This document shows, piece by piece, positions 1-13,870 of a stretch of 64,000 nucleotides of DNA. This DNA comes from Macrostomum lignano (lineage: Eukaryota), in assembly GCA_002269645.1 (NCBI GenBank), contig NIVC01002344.1, positions 117,950 through 181,949 on the forward strand, given 5' to 3'. Below the pieces are notes generated by a model that made no database searches, had not been told where the DNA came from, and was given only the letters and a program-made list of their open reading frames with translations. The position numbers and the translations under genes were made by a program. Within the stretch, counting starts at the first letter, position 1. The number at the start of each line of letters is the position of its first letter.

Positions 1-539
1 ATGTGCTCTTCTTGTTCGTCATCCTCATCGACTGCAGTGGATTTAATAGCAGAAACAATTATTCTATTCTGCTCTTGCTTGTTAGCTACGGCTGCTTTGA
101 CTGGCGGGCTCGGCTGCGCCGTCTCCTCGTTAGAGCCTCCGATTCGCTTAGCGGCTTCTGCCTTGTCGTTACCTCCAGCACCGCGTCCGCCATCCCGCCT
201 GGTTGTGGCAGGTGCCGCCTGACCATTATTATTAGCCTCAGCTTGACACCGACCTCTGCATATTTTCTCTTTTGCTACCTGCAGAAATGTTGGATTAGAG
301 AACAGGTAGATAAACATATTTAGAGAAGAGTCCAAAGTGATCATCGTGTTGGCTGTTCTCGACAGTAAGACGTCTACGTCTGTTGGCAGGGCTTTGAATG
401 AGAACAATAGTTTTGAGAAGAAAGCGGGCATCTCCAGTACAAAGAACGTCAGCGCCAGCATTATGATAAGCTTGTCAGTACCGGACTGTCGCTGGCGCAT
501 GTTTTGAGTCTCGCGGAATCGCTTCCTTGCCCACAGGAC
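1..539 (-). CDS. Rhodopsin-class peptide GPCR, exon 2 (TM6-TM7 and C-tail), open past the left window edge
   Basis: My translation from acceptor tgcAG|gtc (539): VLWARKRFRETQNMRQRQSGTDKLIIMLALTFFVLEMPAFFSK...TANTMITLDSSLNMFIYLFSNPTFLQ. No stop before base 1. In phase 0 with the exon 1 donor. Not in the ORF track. Confidence 0.85.
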
Positions 540-862
540 CTGCAATTATGTGTTAATTTGACAGTGAAGAAAAGGAACTTCAGATTTTTATTACATTTTA
601 AAACGGCTGTTTACATCGCAGTTTACATCGGAATCGCATTCGAAATGGTCGCTGAATCTTGTCTTTCTGTACTTGGTTCCCTTCTAACTGTTCTAGCCTA
701 GTTCAAAACTCTTTCCAATATATATACATAGCTATTTACAGAAAGGTAGGCATCCAGCTAGCTGCTCCTATCGTGTCGCCTCGTCTGAGCGCATGGTTCG
801 GGAGCACCTGATGCTTGGTTAACCTCGTGAGGCAGCTTTGTGCAAACACTATGCCGCTGGAG

Positions 863-1010
<148 letters not shown>

Positions 1011-1374
1011 GTTGGGATTTCACCCTGCTGCTGCTGCTTATAAAAAAGCAGAACAGTCTAGGAAGTTGTTGGACCAGCAGCAGCTCGAGGGGCTCAGCTT
1101 TTCCCAGCAATAATTGGCGATGGCTTTGGTTCTCTTTTCTTCTCCTTCCCATGCCTTTTTCGTGCTTATTCTATCAATCTGTTCTTAATACTTGTTCTCC
1201 ACCAAGCCCGTTCTGGAGAATCGCCTTGTAGCTTTCGTTTTCTTCTCTGTACTTCTCTGGTTTCCATTGTTCGGCCTGTCAAATCTGATTGTAGATGCAG
1301 GCATTGACTTTTTATTAAAATTGTTTTTGCTAATTATTATTTGTATTTGATTACGCCTGCCCTAACGTGTCAAT

Positions 1375-1630
1375 GGACAGCTGAGCCGCAGCTATTGCGC
1401 AGCGCATCTGAAGGCTGCGTACGGCTGTAGTCTAAGTACTGATGGGTCGCCACACTCACATCCTTAATTACCTCAGCTAATGCTGGCACCCATTTTACAG
1501 CTGGGTGAACTGAAGCAATGCAGAGTTTAAAAGTGAATTTGCTCAATGACACAAATTGTTCCGAGTGGGCCGAGAATCGAACCCCCGACGTTTCAGTCTA
1601 AATCTGACGCTCTGACCACTAGACTACTGC
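1375..1630 (-). mobile_element. tRNA-derived SINE, CORE-like body (copy 1)
   Basis: Minus strand has A box TAGTCTAGTGG and B box GGTTCGATTCT, then cagttcacccagctgtaaaatggg. Homologous to the copy at 48688-48952. Confidence 0.8.
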
Positions 1631-3101
1631 TATATCTATACCTGTATATTTTTTGTAATCCGATTTATAAATAATAGTCCAGTCGAATTTTTGTTTGATT
1701 ATCGGCGCAGTGTCGGTAAAAGTGATGGGGTGGGACGAGACATTTTCTAGGATCCAGTATCGGAATTGATAGATTTAATTTTCCACTAGACAGACTCTGT
1801 GTAACTCAGCGTGCATGTTTGCCTAATGTTCCAGTTATTTTAGACCAAGTTGAGAGGACGGGAAACTGGACAGTGAGTGCAGCTTCTCATTCGCTAGACT
1901 AAACCTGGCCCTCAATTCCGATTGCGCCGAGGAAGTGGGTTGGACCTGACTCCAGCGTCAATATTTGCCCGCTTGTCCTTCATTTAATGAAGTCTTCTTC
2001 ATCTTGGATGCTGCTGCTGATTATCGCTAGTTTGCCTCCTTCGCTCTACTTTATATTTATGCTCGATACTATAGCGACTCAGCTCGATCAGCCGTCAAAA
2101 TTATTGGGGATAATGACTAGTTTTGGGCCGCTGTCATAGCTGCCTGTTTTGTAACCTTTACTTTATATAAGCGCTTGATTGGTAGGGCTAATTGTATTGA
2201 AATTATCCTTTGTCTGTCTCTTCAGTAAGTAATGGAATGCCTGCACTGCACTCTCGTTATGTGTAGATTGTGGTATACTGGCTGTTATTGCATTTTAGAA
2301 TCGGTTTTCCGATGGTCCATATTGGTTCAGGCGTTAGTCAATGTCTATATTGCATTGTAACCGCTGTCATGGATAATGAAAAGTATTTAGGCTAAAAAAA
2401 TCATTTGGGGTTTTTCCTCTCTAAACTCTTATCCTGCTCGTCACGCAGGCTGTAGGGTTGCACTTTTTTCTACGTATCCAAGGTTGCAGTGTGTGGCGAT
2501 TGGTGTGTTTTTCTCCCTATCTTCTATGCCCACTGTGTGTTTTCCTATCTGCCCTATCTTTCAATAATTATCTCGTGACGCCCTTGGCCCTGTCTGTTTA
2601 GTGTCTGGCACGTTCTAAAAGAGCGGTTGTCATGTGTTAGAAATACAGGTATGCGCATTTTAGGCTAGTAAACTGGTCTAAGAATTCAAGAATATAGTAT
2701 CCTGGAATTATCTAACAGTCCCTGTTTGTCCTTTAAAAATACCAAATGCATTTCAGCTGCATGGGATGCTGTTAGGATTTTTTTCACTGACTGGAGCAAC
2801 TATGGGACGACAGGAGATTTTTTATTTGTCCGTTCTAGCAGCACTCTAAAAAGCACCATCAAAGTGCGTCGCGTTACATTCGATGCAACTGCAAAATGTA
2901 CCAAAACATTTCCTAAGAGCATAATAAACGTTTCATTTCGTCAAAGTAACAAATGGAACGTAATGGGACGTCCCGTACTTGTAGATACATCCGTGATGCT
3001 GCTAGCGGCTCAGGGACACATTTTTGTCTATTACCCCAAGTTATTTAGCTAGTTTTTTTGTTAGACAGGGATAAACGCGCACAGATTAATCAATCTACTA
3101 C

Positions 3102-3887
3102 CTTGAGTACAAATGCGCTACAAATGAGCACAGTGATGGTCGGGCCACCAGACTGTAGAATAAACAGACAGGCAGACAGGTAGAACTTCTTGTACCAATC
3201 GTTAAACATGACTGGCGGAAACGGGCTGGTGGTTTTCACTATATAAAACTGCGATTCCGCATGGTAGCACACTGCTTCGTAAGCTTCAAACAATCTCGGC
3301 AGCATAATTAGCGAACACATTGCGCCGATGAACACCACAATGCGAACGCTGGTCTCCTTGCGAAACAACTTCACCCGGGCCATCGATCGACAGACAGCCT
3401 CGCAACGGTACAGGCTTAGCGCAGCCAGAGTCCAATTGCGAGCCAGTTGAAAAGTTGCAGACATTTGCCGACTAGTGCCAGCAAACACGCTGATGGCGAT
3501 GGCCACAGCTCGGCTTCTCATGGGTGGTAGGCAGCAGCCACGGAGCAGGTTGACTCCATAGTATCCAGCCTGGCCTAGTTGGAAAGTCGCCTCAAATATC
3601 GACAGTCCTAATAGCAGAACGCTCATGATAGATTTATTGAAAGCTTTGTTCCGAAATATTGAAAAACTAAATCCATTGGCTGCCGCATTGAACAGGCTTA
3701 GTAGAATAATGACAACTTCCAGTGGATCTGGATAGTGATGCTGTTGCTGACTGTTTAGCAGCTCGTGATGATGAGGCTGGCTCCAGTCCGTAAAGTTACT
3801 ACTAAAGTTAAATTCGCAAGTACTATAGTCGTCTAGTATCTTCACTAGAGCAAAGCTGCTGTCGTTTTGTGAGTCGCTAATTTGCAT
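3102..3887 (-). CDS. Rhodopsin-class peptide GPCR, exon 1 (N-terminus to TM5), FMRFamide/myosuppressin-receptor-like
   Basis: ATG at 3887. N-glycosylation sequons NDS/NFS/NFT, five hydrophobic helices, SLYRCEAVC at the DRY position, LPRLFE at the end of TM4. Donor AAG|gtagta at 3102/3101 splices in frame to exon 2. Confidence 0.85.
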
Positions 3888-5487
3888 TGTTTTTGTCGGT
3901 CTGCTGTTGAAATGCACACTCCGGTAGCGCAACCTTTTACAGCAAGTACTCTTCCTTGCCAAATCCAATCGCTATTTATACCAATTCAACTCTCGATTTC
4001 TAAATCAGTTTCCGGCTTTATGCAGACCGTCTCCCACTAGAACCAATGGCGTTTGCTGGGGCAATTTCTGCTTCTTTCTGTCTGCTATCAGTGGCTGCCC
4101 AATCAGCGATCGGATAAACGCTCTTAGTCTTCGCGCAATTCATTGAGTCTGACTTGCCTTTACCTTAATGTGACACTTCGGAAATCAAATATTTCATGAA
4201 TCCGCGTTTATTTTCAGTTTGAACCAGACACTGGGTATGTTACCCATAGCACTGTCTCCTGATGAGAAGGTATAGGTTTATGCTCAGGCGTCAAGCAGAA
4301 TATACTCAACAACATACATTCTAGTTCCGTATTGACTTTTGAGTGACGCAAATAGCGCCACGCGACGCAGAGTTGGTTTTGGTGATGAGGGATCGGGAAA
4401 GGCGGAGGGCGAATATTGGATGAATTGAAGCTTCCGCACTGTTTTCATTGTTTTTTTCAAGGATTAATATCAAAATGGTTGGCTAGTTGATAGACGCTGG
4501 TTAAAAGACACTGCTCACTGGGGCAAAGGGGGCGAATTTTCAATGTTGCCGAGTAAAAATGCTTTCTCACTGACTACGGGTCAAGTATCTACAGCCCTCC
4601 TGTTGACAAATAGTCAAATTTTTGCGGAATTAATAATAAACATAACTATAATTGGTTAAGACTAAAAGTGCGTAACTACTGGTGGCTTTCTAGAATGAAA
4701 TGGACACCTATGTTTACTCACCATCCCTCAGTGACGCCAAAAAGTTTTTAATGTCTACATCTCTATATCATTCTATCTTTCATCTGGGTCTATCTTTGGC
4801 AATGACCAACAGCTCTTGCGCTGTTGACAGGGGAATCAGATTTCCCCCTCCCCTCTGCCTGCCGTTCGCTCTCACTGTGTCTCCTTTTTCCTCTAAAACT
4901 CTCGGCTGCTCACCTACCGTGTTTGGTGGGGGAGGGTAGCCTGTATTTGTGTGCACTTGTGAGTCGGACTTGAGAGCTGCTGGTTATAGCGTACTACGTA
5001 TATTTATATACATACATATGCCCTTCTTGCCCATACCATTTTTCTTTTTTCCCTACTATTTACCCTGGCCGAGTTCCTCTTCACTGTTCACTCTCGTTTC
5101 GGATGTGCGCCCTGCTCTCTGTCCATTTGTCCGGCCTATATCTCTGCCTATATCTGTGCCTATAGCACTGCCATACAAACGCGCATTTGGATGATGTTTT
5201 AAGTGCTTGCTCAAGCAAAGTGGAGCTGAAATATTGGAGGAGAGAGAGCGTGAGAGTGAGAGAAATTGAGACCAAAGGAGGGAGAAAGGCAGATATAAAG
5301 GATAAGCATTGGTGTGTCATTTGATTGAGAGAGTGGGTTTTTCTGCATTTACGAGTGAATTTGCAAATGGCACTAGAAATATATTATTGGCATCTAACAT
5401 AAATGCAGCGTAATGGAATACTTTTTAATTATTTGCGTGTAAACTAGACTTACTCTAGTAAGTGAATTTAAAGCTATATACCTCGAA

Positions 5488-5835
5488 GTTGCTGGGCCAG
5501 CCTCCCAGACTGTCAGTTGCTGCGCCAGCCTCCCAGATCTCAATTGCTGGGCCAGCCTCCCAAAGTGTCAGTTGCTGGGCCAGCCTCCCAGATCTCAATT
5601 GCTGGGCCAGCCTCCCAGAGTATCAGTTGCTGGTCCAGCCTCCCAGATCCTCAGTTGCTGGGCCAGCCTCCCAGAGTATCAGTTGCTGGGCCAGCCTTCC
5701 ATATCCTCAGTTGCTGGGCCAGCCTTCCATATCCTCAGTTGCTGGGCCAGCCTCCCAGATCCTAAATTGCTGGGCCAGCTTCCCAGATCCTCAGTTGCTG
5801 CACCAGCTTCCCAGATTTTCAGTTGCTGGGCCAGC
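5488..5835. repeat. ~28-bp minisatellite (cagttgctgggccagcctcccagatcct)
   Basis: About 12 degenerate tandem units. Confidence 0.9.
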
Positions 5836-6879
5836 CACCCTCTCAGTTTGCAGAAATTTATATGCTACCTGGAGTGTACCATTTGTCAAAAATTTCCTGT
5901 TTTTGTAAAAGCCGCATAAAAAGCCAAATCAGAAACTTCCTGCTTTCAGTCTGATTGGCTGTTTAGTGGTGGGAGCCATTTCATTTTCTATAGTCTTCCT
6001 GTCTATTTCTCATTTTTGTGATGTGTTTCTATTTATGAGTCTGCACTCTTCATTGCAATCTTTTCTGCTTTGATGGACCCGTTCTCGTATTGTCTAGAAT
6101 GCCATTGACACTGTACGAGTGCCTTCCAGAAATAGGATTACTCAGTGTTACTACTCATTTTTTGGCATCCACTGGCAGGTTTTCTATGCAGGTGTAATTA
6201 ATTTAGCTGGCTGCTCCAGTTCACGCCGGTAATAAGCAATTTCTGATAATGGAAGCATATTCCGCTGGGTTGGGAATAAAAATGGCTGTACTCATGTTTT
6301 TTTGTTTTTGTGAAACCAGCGGCATCAATGCATTGCTTATCGAGTTTGTCTAGCCGGTTTGTCTGGCTTGATTAATTACTTTATCCACTCTCCCGGTATC
6401 AGTTCTTGCTGTCGCAGAGGTCTCTGATTAGTAAGAATGCTAACAGTCTTTTTCGGTTTGCTATTATAGATTTTTTGAACGCCTAATTGAAATCTTGTGT
6501 CTTCGCTTCGATAGAACGGCTACAATAAACTGTAGTTTGAGGCTGTCTTTATCGAATTTCAAAGCAATATTGATTTAATCTGCACCTCGGGCTCTGTCAG
6601 ATTTCTAAGTTATCTGGCCTCTTCGTTTTATTCCAAATCTGTTTGGTTGGAGAAAAAAGTGGTAGGATTAAATATTGTGAAACTGGAGCTTGTCTGAGAG
6701 CGTGATGCTGCATCAGCATCAATTTAATGCGATTTTCTAAGCTAAAAATATGCCTGCATTCTATTAACATAGTGCTACTCGTATTTTATTCAATATTTTT
6801 ATTTTCATGCTGCAAATTTCAAAGTGGAATATATCTTGACAAAGTCTAGAGCTGCGGCTCCTGGAGGGATGTAAAAATT

Positions 6880-7670
6880 CTGGAGCTGCGGCTCATAAAG
6901 TGACACAAACGGTCTACAGCAGCGGCTCATAGAGTGACACAACAATCCTAAAGCAGGAGGTGGCTCATAGAGTGACACAACAAGCCTAAAGCAGTGAGTG
7001 GCTCATAGAGTGACACAACAAGCCTAAAGCAGGAGGTGGCTCATAGAGTGACACAACAAGCCTAAAGCAGTGAGTGGCTCATAGAGTGACACAACAAGCC
7101 TAAAGCAGTGGGTGACTCATAGAGTGACACAACAAGCCTAAAGCAGTGAGTGGCTCATAGAGTGACACAACAAGCCTAAAGCAGTGGGTGACTCATAGAG
7201 TGACACAACAAGCCTAAAGCAGTGAGTGGCTCATAGAGTGACACAACAAGCCTAAAGCAGTGGGTGACTCATAGAGTGACACAACAAGCCTAAAGCAGTG
7301 AGTGGCTCATAGAGTGACACAACAAGCCTAAAGCAGTGGGTGACTCATAGAGTGACACAACAAGCCTAAAGCAGTGAGTGGCTCATAGAGTGACACAACA
7401 AGCCTAAAGCAGTGGGTGACTCATAGAGTGACACAACAAGCCTAAAGCAGTGAGTGGCTCATAGAGTGTCACAAAGTGTCTAGAGCTGCGGCTAATAGAG
7501 AGACATAAAAATCAAGTAACTGCGGCTCATTAAGTGACACAAAAAGCCTAGAGCAGCGGCTCATAGAGTGACACAAATAGTCTAGAGTAGTGGGTCATAG
7601 AGTGACACAAAAGGTCTAGAGCTGCGACTCATAGTGATACAAACGGTCTAGTCTCAAGCTGCGGCTCATA
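6880..7670. repeat. ~39-bp minisatellite (ggctcatagagtgacacaacaagcctaaagcagtgagt)
   Basis: About 20 units: homogeneous centre, degenerate edges. Confidence 0.92.
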
Positions 7671-8589
7671 GGACTGTAATTTCTGAGATGGCTATTTATC
7701 CAAATTATACCGGTGTGTCCACAAGCGTATCTCATAAAGAGTGCATGAGCCAAGAAGGATAGACAGCTGTAATCTTCCCATCAAGCTGACTGTTATACCG
7801 ATCTCTCTCTCTCCTCTCTCTCGTTACATAGCCCTCCCGTTTAAGCTCATTGCCCCAAGTAAGAAATCTTTAATCTGATTGCAACTAATAGTTTTAATCC
7901 CATTGATGTTACGCTTTGATGGCCTCTGGGCAATCAGAAGAATCTTGTGTTAACTGCAGCCACAAAACTCGTGCCAACATAGCAAAGCATGAAAATATAT
8001 TAGCTAAAATACTTTTAGAAGATATTGTAAATGATGAGGAATGTCAGCATGGGCCCACTGAGAGAAGTAAACAAGAGAGATATCAAATAAGGAAAAAATA
8101 GAAGTGCCTTACCCGCACACTCAGATGAAGATCGTAATCATGCATCTTATGCATTATGCATAATGCAGTCTTCTTGAAATTGGACTTGCTGAAAAAATTA
8201 ACAGAAAAGGAAAATATCTCGCGACCAGCTTAGTTGTCATTTTTTCTTGTAACTGTTCGTTAATATCATATGCAATTTATTCGAACATTGGATGAATAGA
8301 TAGATATGTCGCATCTCAGGCAGGAAAGTGAGAGAGGTAAAAAGACGGGAGTTGGGACTGCGAGGTTGTCAATAAGCTAACGGTGACGATCGGCTAAGTA
8401 AATTAGCGATGAGTCATGCCCTGAGGAAGCTGACTGATGGCAAACAATGATTGATTGACAGATTTTGAAGGCCTATGTACAGCTTTCACAATGCAAAAGG
8501 CTGTTTTGATCGCGAATTCCACCCTGTACTTCTTTCGCAGCCCAATCACAGCAAGGCAATTAACACTTCTGCCCCTCAAGCCTCTACAC

Positions 8590-9205
8590 TCACTCTGAGG
8601 AAACCCGCTAGCTGCAGAGCAGCCATAGACATCTGCGTCTGCCCACCAGCAGCAACAGCACTCACTCTGAGAAAACCCGCTAGCTGCAGAGCAGCCATAG
8701 ACATCTGCGTCTGCCCACCAGCAGCTACAGCACTCAATTTGAGAAAACCCGCTAGCTGCAGAGCAGCCATAGACATCTGCGTCTGCCCACCAGCAGCAAC
8801 AGCACTCACTCTGAGAAAACCCGCTAGCTGCAGAGCAGCCATAGACATCTGCGTCTGCCCACCAGCAGCTACAGCACTCAATTTGAGAAAACCCGCTAGC
8901 TGCAGAGCAGCCATAGACATCTGCGTCTGCCCACCAGCAGCAACAGCACTCACTCTGAGAAAACCCGCTAGCTGCAGAGCAGCCATAGACATCTGCGTCT
9001 GCCCACCAGCAGCAACAGCACTCACTCTGAGAAAACCCGCTAGCTGCAGAGCAGCCATAGACATCTGCGTCTGCCCACCAGCAGCAACAGCACTCACTCT
9101 GAGAAAACCCGCTAGCTGCAGAGCAGCCATAGACATCTGCGTCTGCCCACCAGCAGCAACAGCACTCACTCTGAGAAAACCCGCTAGCTGCAGAGCAGCC
9201 ATAGA
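8590..9205. repeat. 72-bp minisatellite
   Basis: About 8.5 near-identical units (cactcactctgagaaaacccgctagctgcagagcagccatagacatctgcgtctgcccaccagcagcaacag...). Confidence 0.93.
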
Positions 9206-10230
9206 TTCACTAATGAGCTTATGTGTGTAAAAAAGTGCTGTTTCTTTGATTTTCTCAGAGTGAGTGGCAGGGTGCCGCTGGTGCTGGCCGCAGACAGTTG
9301 CGTCTGCGGGCATTCAGCGGATGGCGGATGGCTGTGCAGAGCAGCCAGCGGGAATTTGAGGGTGTTCAGGGCAGTGTTTCGAAAATTTATTGAAATTATC
9401 GATCCGTTTTCAACCCCCTCCCCTCATCTAATCTCTCTTGTCTGCTCAGCCAACCCCTTCATTTTAATAATTTGAACGGTCTTGCAGCGTGCATCTTTTG
9501 CTCCCTGTTAATTTGAATCTCTATTTGTCTCAAACTACCAAGCAAAAATGCCTCCCTCACACGAAACGATCAAGGCCTTTTTTTCATTTTCGCAAGCCAC
9601 ATTGCCCAGTCGTTTATTCGTGACTGCAGCTATCCCTCTCTATCTGCTTTCTTCCTTCCTTTGCGGCTGTCTCCGCAAACAGCAAGGCAGGCGAGCCAGA
9701 CTTTTAGAGCTTTTTCCACCTTAAAAATTTCTCTAGAGCTCGTTTTTTTCTAATATTCTTCCAGAAGAAAAAGGAAGAATAATCAGGCACAGGCGCTGTC
9801 TTTCTCTAGCCGGCATGCGCGCTTGCACGTGTTGCTGTCTTTTCTATTCTTCAGTCTGCCTCCAGTCCTTCATTCAGCTGGGGAAACTTTCCCAGAACCG
9901 TGGGATGTGCTAAAGACGCTGCAGAAGGCTGGCGGTAGCAGCGTCTTTCTCTCAGCAGGGGGGGGGGGGGGCTCTGTCTCTATGCGTGAACGATTCATAC
10001 TAAAAAAGCAGAACAAAATGTGACATCCGAAGAGAAACGTGACTAGGAAAAAAGTTGCAAACCCAAAGAAACTTTTGCTTTGTTAGTTCATCTTTGGCTG
10101 ATGAATAACACTTGGCCTACGGCAAAGGAAGATAGTCTGTGTTTACCCACTGTTATTGCCTAGTGCTTTTGTACTCACGGAAGGTAATACAGATTTCAAA
10201 GTGCTCACACTGTGCTCAAAATTGTCGCAG

Positions 10231-10803
10231 ACTCCGCCGATGCCATAACCGTCCGACGCCGCTACTACGAAGACCTGTTCCGCACCCGGAAAGCGCACGC
10301 CGACACGGCCCTGGAGCTGCGCCTCGCCCAGCTGGTCGAGCGCGAACGGGCAGCTCACGCGGCCAGCGTGGATCGCGCGCGGCAGGAACTGCTGAGAATC
10401 AGACTGGCTCTGCCAAAACAGCAGCAGCAGCAGCCAGGGCAAGATCAGCCACCGGTCCAGCAGCCGCCTGCGCCATCCACCGCCGGCGTCGACAAGGGAG
10501 GCGGTGGCAGCGGCGCCAACTCGCTTGCCTCAGCTGATGAAGCCTTCGAAATGGAGCCCGATGACAATGACGATGGAGATGCGGCCGACCGCCGGTCAGC
10601 TGCCAGCAACGGCGAGGACGACGGCGAGGTGGAGCCCGAGATGGAGGAGATTCACAGCCAGCTGGCCAGCCGGAGGCCCGCGTCAGCCGCCCCCGCTGCG
10701 TTGGCGCAGTCCCTGCCGATCGCCATCAACCGCTCCGCCGCCGTTGTTGCCGCCGCTGCTCAGGCCGCTGAGGACTTGCCCGTCACCAAGCCGCCTGCTG
10801 ATG
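10231..10803 (+). CDS. Internal exon of an uncharacterised coiled-coil/acidic protein (possible PRAS40-like motifs)
   Basis: GC-rich open frame with acceptor cgcAG at 10230 and donor G|gtgaga at 10803/10804. Contains a coiled-coil ([15 protein letters not shown]...), FEMEP and SLPIAI. The start exon was not located. Confidence 0.6.
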
Positions 10804-10809
10804 GTGAGA

Positions 10810-10856
10810 CTGTCTGTCTGTCTGTCTGTCTGTCTTTCTGTCTGTCTGTCTGTCTG

Positions 10857-10899
<43 letters not shown>

Positions 10900-10922
10900 G
10901 TCTGTCTGTCTGTCTGTCTGTA

Positions 10923-10975
<53 letters not shown>

Positions 10976-11012
10976 GTGTGTGTCTGTCTGTCTGTCTGTC
11001 TGTCTTACTGTA

Positions 11013-11081
<69 letters not shown>
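10810..11081. repeat. (TCTG)n microsatellite filling a 313-nt intron
   Basis: Directly visible. Confidence 0.97.
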
Positions 11082-11116
11082 GAGTCAGTCTCCGCCCACC
11101 CCGCCAGCTGCCTCAG

Positions 11117-11499
11117 GTGCCGATCCGCCCCTGCCAGACTCAGGCGAGTTCAAGGGCATGACAGACGCTGAGCGGCTGTACGTCATGCAGGCGGTGTCCT
11201 ACAGGTACACGGCCAGCGTGCGCGAGCACGACCAGTTCGGCAGCCGAGGGCCGCCCTACCTGCGCCAGCTCGCCGAGAAGGCGCGCGACTCCCGCCGAGA
11301 GCAGCGCCGCGGCCGCGGGCTCAGCGTTGCCGACGAACTGCTGGAGGTAGAAGAATCTGGGCAGGAGGCGGACGTGTCGGCGGCGGGTGCTCCATCGGCT
11401 GTGGTGGTGCCGGAGGACAGCTTCCCCGGTCCGCAGCCGCGTGTGCTGAGAGCCAACACTGTCAGCGTGGACATGTCCAGGGCTTTTAAGAAACTTTGA
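11117..11499 (+). CDS. Terminal exon of the same protein
   Basis: Acceptor cctcAG at 11116. Phase-1 join gives ...PADG|[21 protein letters not shown]...RAFKKL*, with TGA at 11497-11499. Confidence 0.6.
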
Positions 11500-11731
11500 C
11501 TTTGATATAAATATATGTGTATATTTAGTGTTTTTGATTGATGGGATTTGACCTGTTCTGATGTGCTTTTTAGTCTAAATATTAAACAGTAATTTATGGT
11601 GATGCTTATCTTAGGCTGGCTGGGGATTTTGACCATAAATTCATGTAATAAGCTACTCATTAAAGCTGACTTTTAAGCTACTTGAGGTATGTGTTGAATA
11701 AGCTGTGCAAAAAATATGCAATAGACTACTC

Positions 11732-13870
11732 ATAGTATGTTTAAGCTACTCGTAGTAGGTTTAAGCTACTTATAGTTGGTTTAAGCTACTTATAGTTGGT
11801 TTAAGCTACTTATAGTAGGTTTAAGCTACTTATTGTTGGTTTAAGCTACTTATAGTTGGTTAAAGCTACTTATAGTTGGTTTAAGCTACTTATAGTTGGT
11901 TTAAGCTACTCGTAGTAGGTTTAAGCTACTCGTAGTAGATTTAAGCTACTTATTGTTGGTTTAAGCTACTTATAGTTGGTTTAAGCTACTTATAGTTGGT
12001 TTAAGCTACTTATTGTTGGTTTAAGCTACTTATAGTTGGTTTAAGCTACTTATTGTTGGTTTAAGCTACTTATAGTTGGTTTAAGCTACTTATTGCTGGT
12101 TTAAGCTACTCGTAGTAGATTTAAGCTACTTATAGTTGGTTTAAGCTACTTATAGTTGGTTTAAGCTACTTATAGTTGGTTTAAGCTACTTATAGTTGGT
12201 TTAAGCTACTTATTGTTGGTTTAAGCTACTTATAGTTGGTTTAAGCTACTTATTGTTGGTTTAAGCTACTTATAGTTGGTTTAAGCTACTTATTGCTGGT
12301 TTAAGCTACTCGTAGTAGGTTTAAGCTACTCGTAGTAGATTTAAGCTACTTATTGTTGGTTTAAGCTACTTATAGTTGGTTTAAGCTACTTATAGTTGGT
12401 TTAAGCTACTTATAGTTGGTTTAAGCTACTTATTGTTGGTTTAAGCTACTTATTGTTGGTTTAAGCTACTTATAGTTGGTTTAAGCTACTTATTGCTGGT
12501 TTAAGCTACTCGTAGTAGGTTTAAGCTACTCGTAGTAGATTTAAGCTACTTATTGTTGGTTTAAGCTACTTATAGTTGGTTTAAGCTACTTATAGTTGGT
12601 TTAAGCTACTTATAGTTGGTTTAAGCTACTTATTGTTGGTTTAAGCTACTTATTGTTGGTTTAAGCTACTTATAGTTGGTTTAAGCTACTTATAGTTGGT
12701 TTAAGCTACTTATTGTTGGTTTAAGCTACTCGTAGTAGGTTTAAGCTACTTATAGTTGGTTTAAGCTACTTATAGTTGGTTTAAGCTACTTATAGTTGGT
12801 TTAAGCTACTTATAGTTGGTTTAAGCTACTTATTGTTGGTTTAAGCTACTTATAGTTGGTTTAAGCTACTTATAGTTGGTTTAAGCTACTTATAGTTGGT
12901 TTAAGCTACTTATAGTTGGTTTAAGCTACTTATAGTTGGTTTAAGCTACTTATAGTAGGTTTAAACTACTTATAGTTGGTTTAAGCTACTTATAGTTGGT
13001 TTAAGCTACTTATAGTTGGTTTAAGCTACTTATTGTTGGTTTAAGCTACTTATAGTTGGTTAAAGCTACTTATAGTTGGTTTAAGCTACTTATAGTTGGT
13101 TTAAGCTACTTATAGTTGGTTTAAGCTACTTATAGTTGGTTTAAGCTACTTATTGTTGGTTTAAGCTACTTATAGTTGGTTTAAGCTACTTATAGTTGGT
13201 TTAAGCTACTTATAGTTGGTTTAAGCTACTTATTGTTGGTTTAAGCTACTTATAGTTGGTTAAAGCTACTTATAGTTGGTTTAAGCTACTTATAGTTGGT
13301 TTAAGCTACTTATAGTTGGTTTAAGCTACTTATTGTTGGTTTAAGCTACTTATAGTTGGTTAAAGCTACTTATAGTTGGTTTAAGCTACTTATAGTTGGT
13401 TTAAGCTACTTATAGTTGGTTTAAGCTACTTATAGTTGGTTTAAGCTACTTATAGTTGGTTTAAGCTACTTATTGTTGGTTTAAGCTACTTATAGTTGGT
13501 TAAAGCTACTTATAGTTGGTTTAAGCTACTTATAGTTGGTTTAAGCTACTTATAGTTGGTTTAAGCTACTTATTGTTGGTTTAAGCTACTTATAGTTGGT
13601 TAAAGCTACTTATAGTTGGTTTAAGCTACTTATAGTTGGTTTAAGCTACTTATAGTTGGTTTAAGCTACTTATTGTTGGTTTAAGCTACTTATAGTTGGT
13701 TAAAGCTACTTATAGTTGGTTTAAGCTACTTATAGTTGGTTTAAGCTACTTATAGTTGGTTTAAGCTACTTATAGTTGGTTTAAGCTACTTATAGTTGGT
13801 TTAAGCTACTTATAGTTGGTTTAAGCTACTTATAGTTGGTTTAAGCTACTCGTAGTAGGTTTAAGCTGCT
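11732..13870. repeat. 20-bp satellite (ggtttaagctacttatagtt), about 105 units
   Basis: Line-by-line periodicity with a few recurring variants (tattgtt, cgtagtag). Confidence 0.97.

Noticed and set aside
2726-3052. 108-aa ORF in the GPCR intron
   Set aside because: No ATG start and no recognisable motif.
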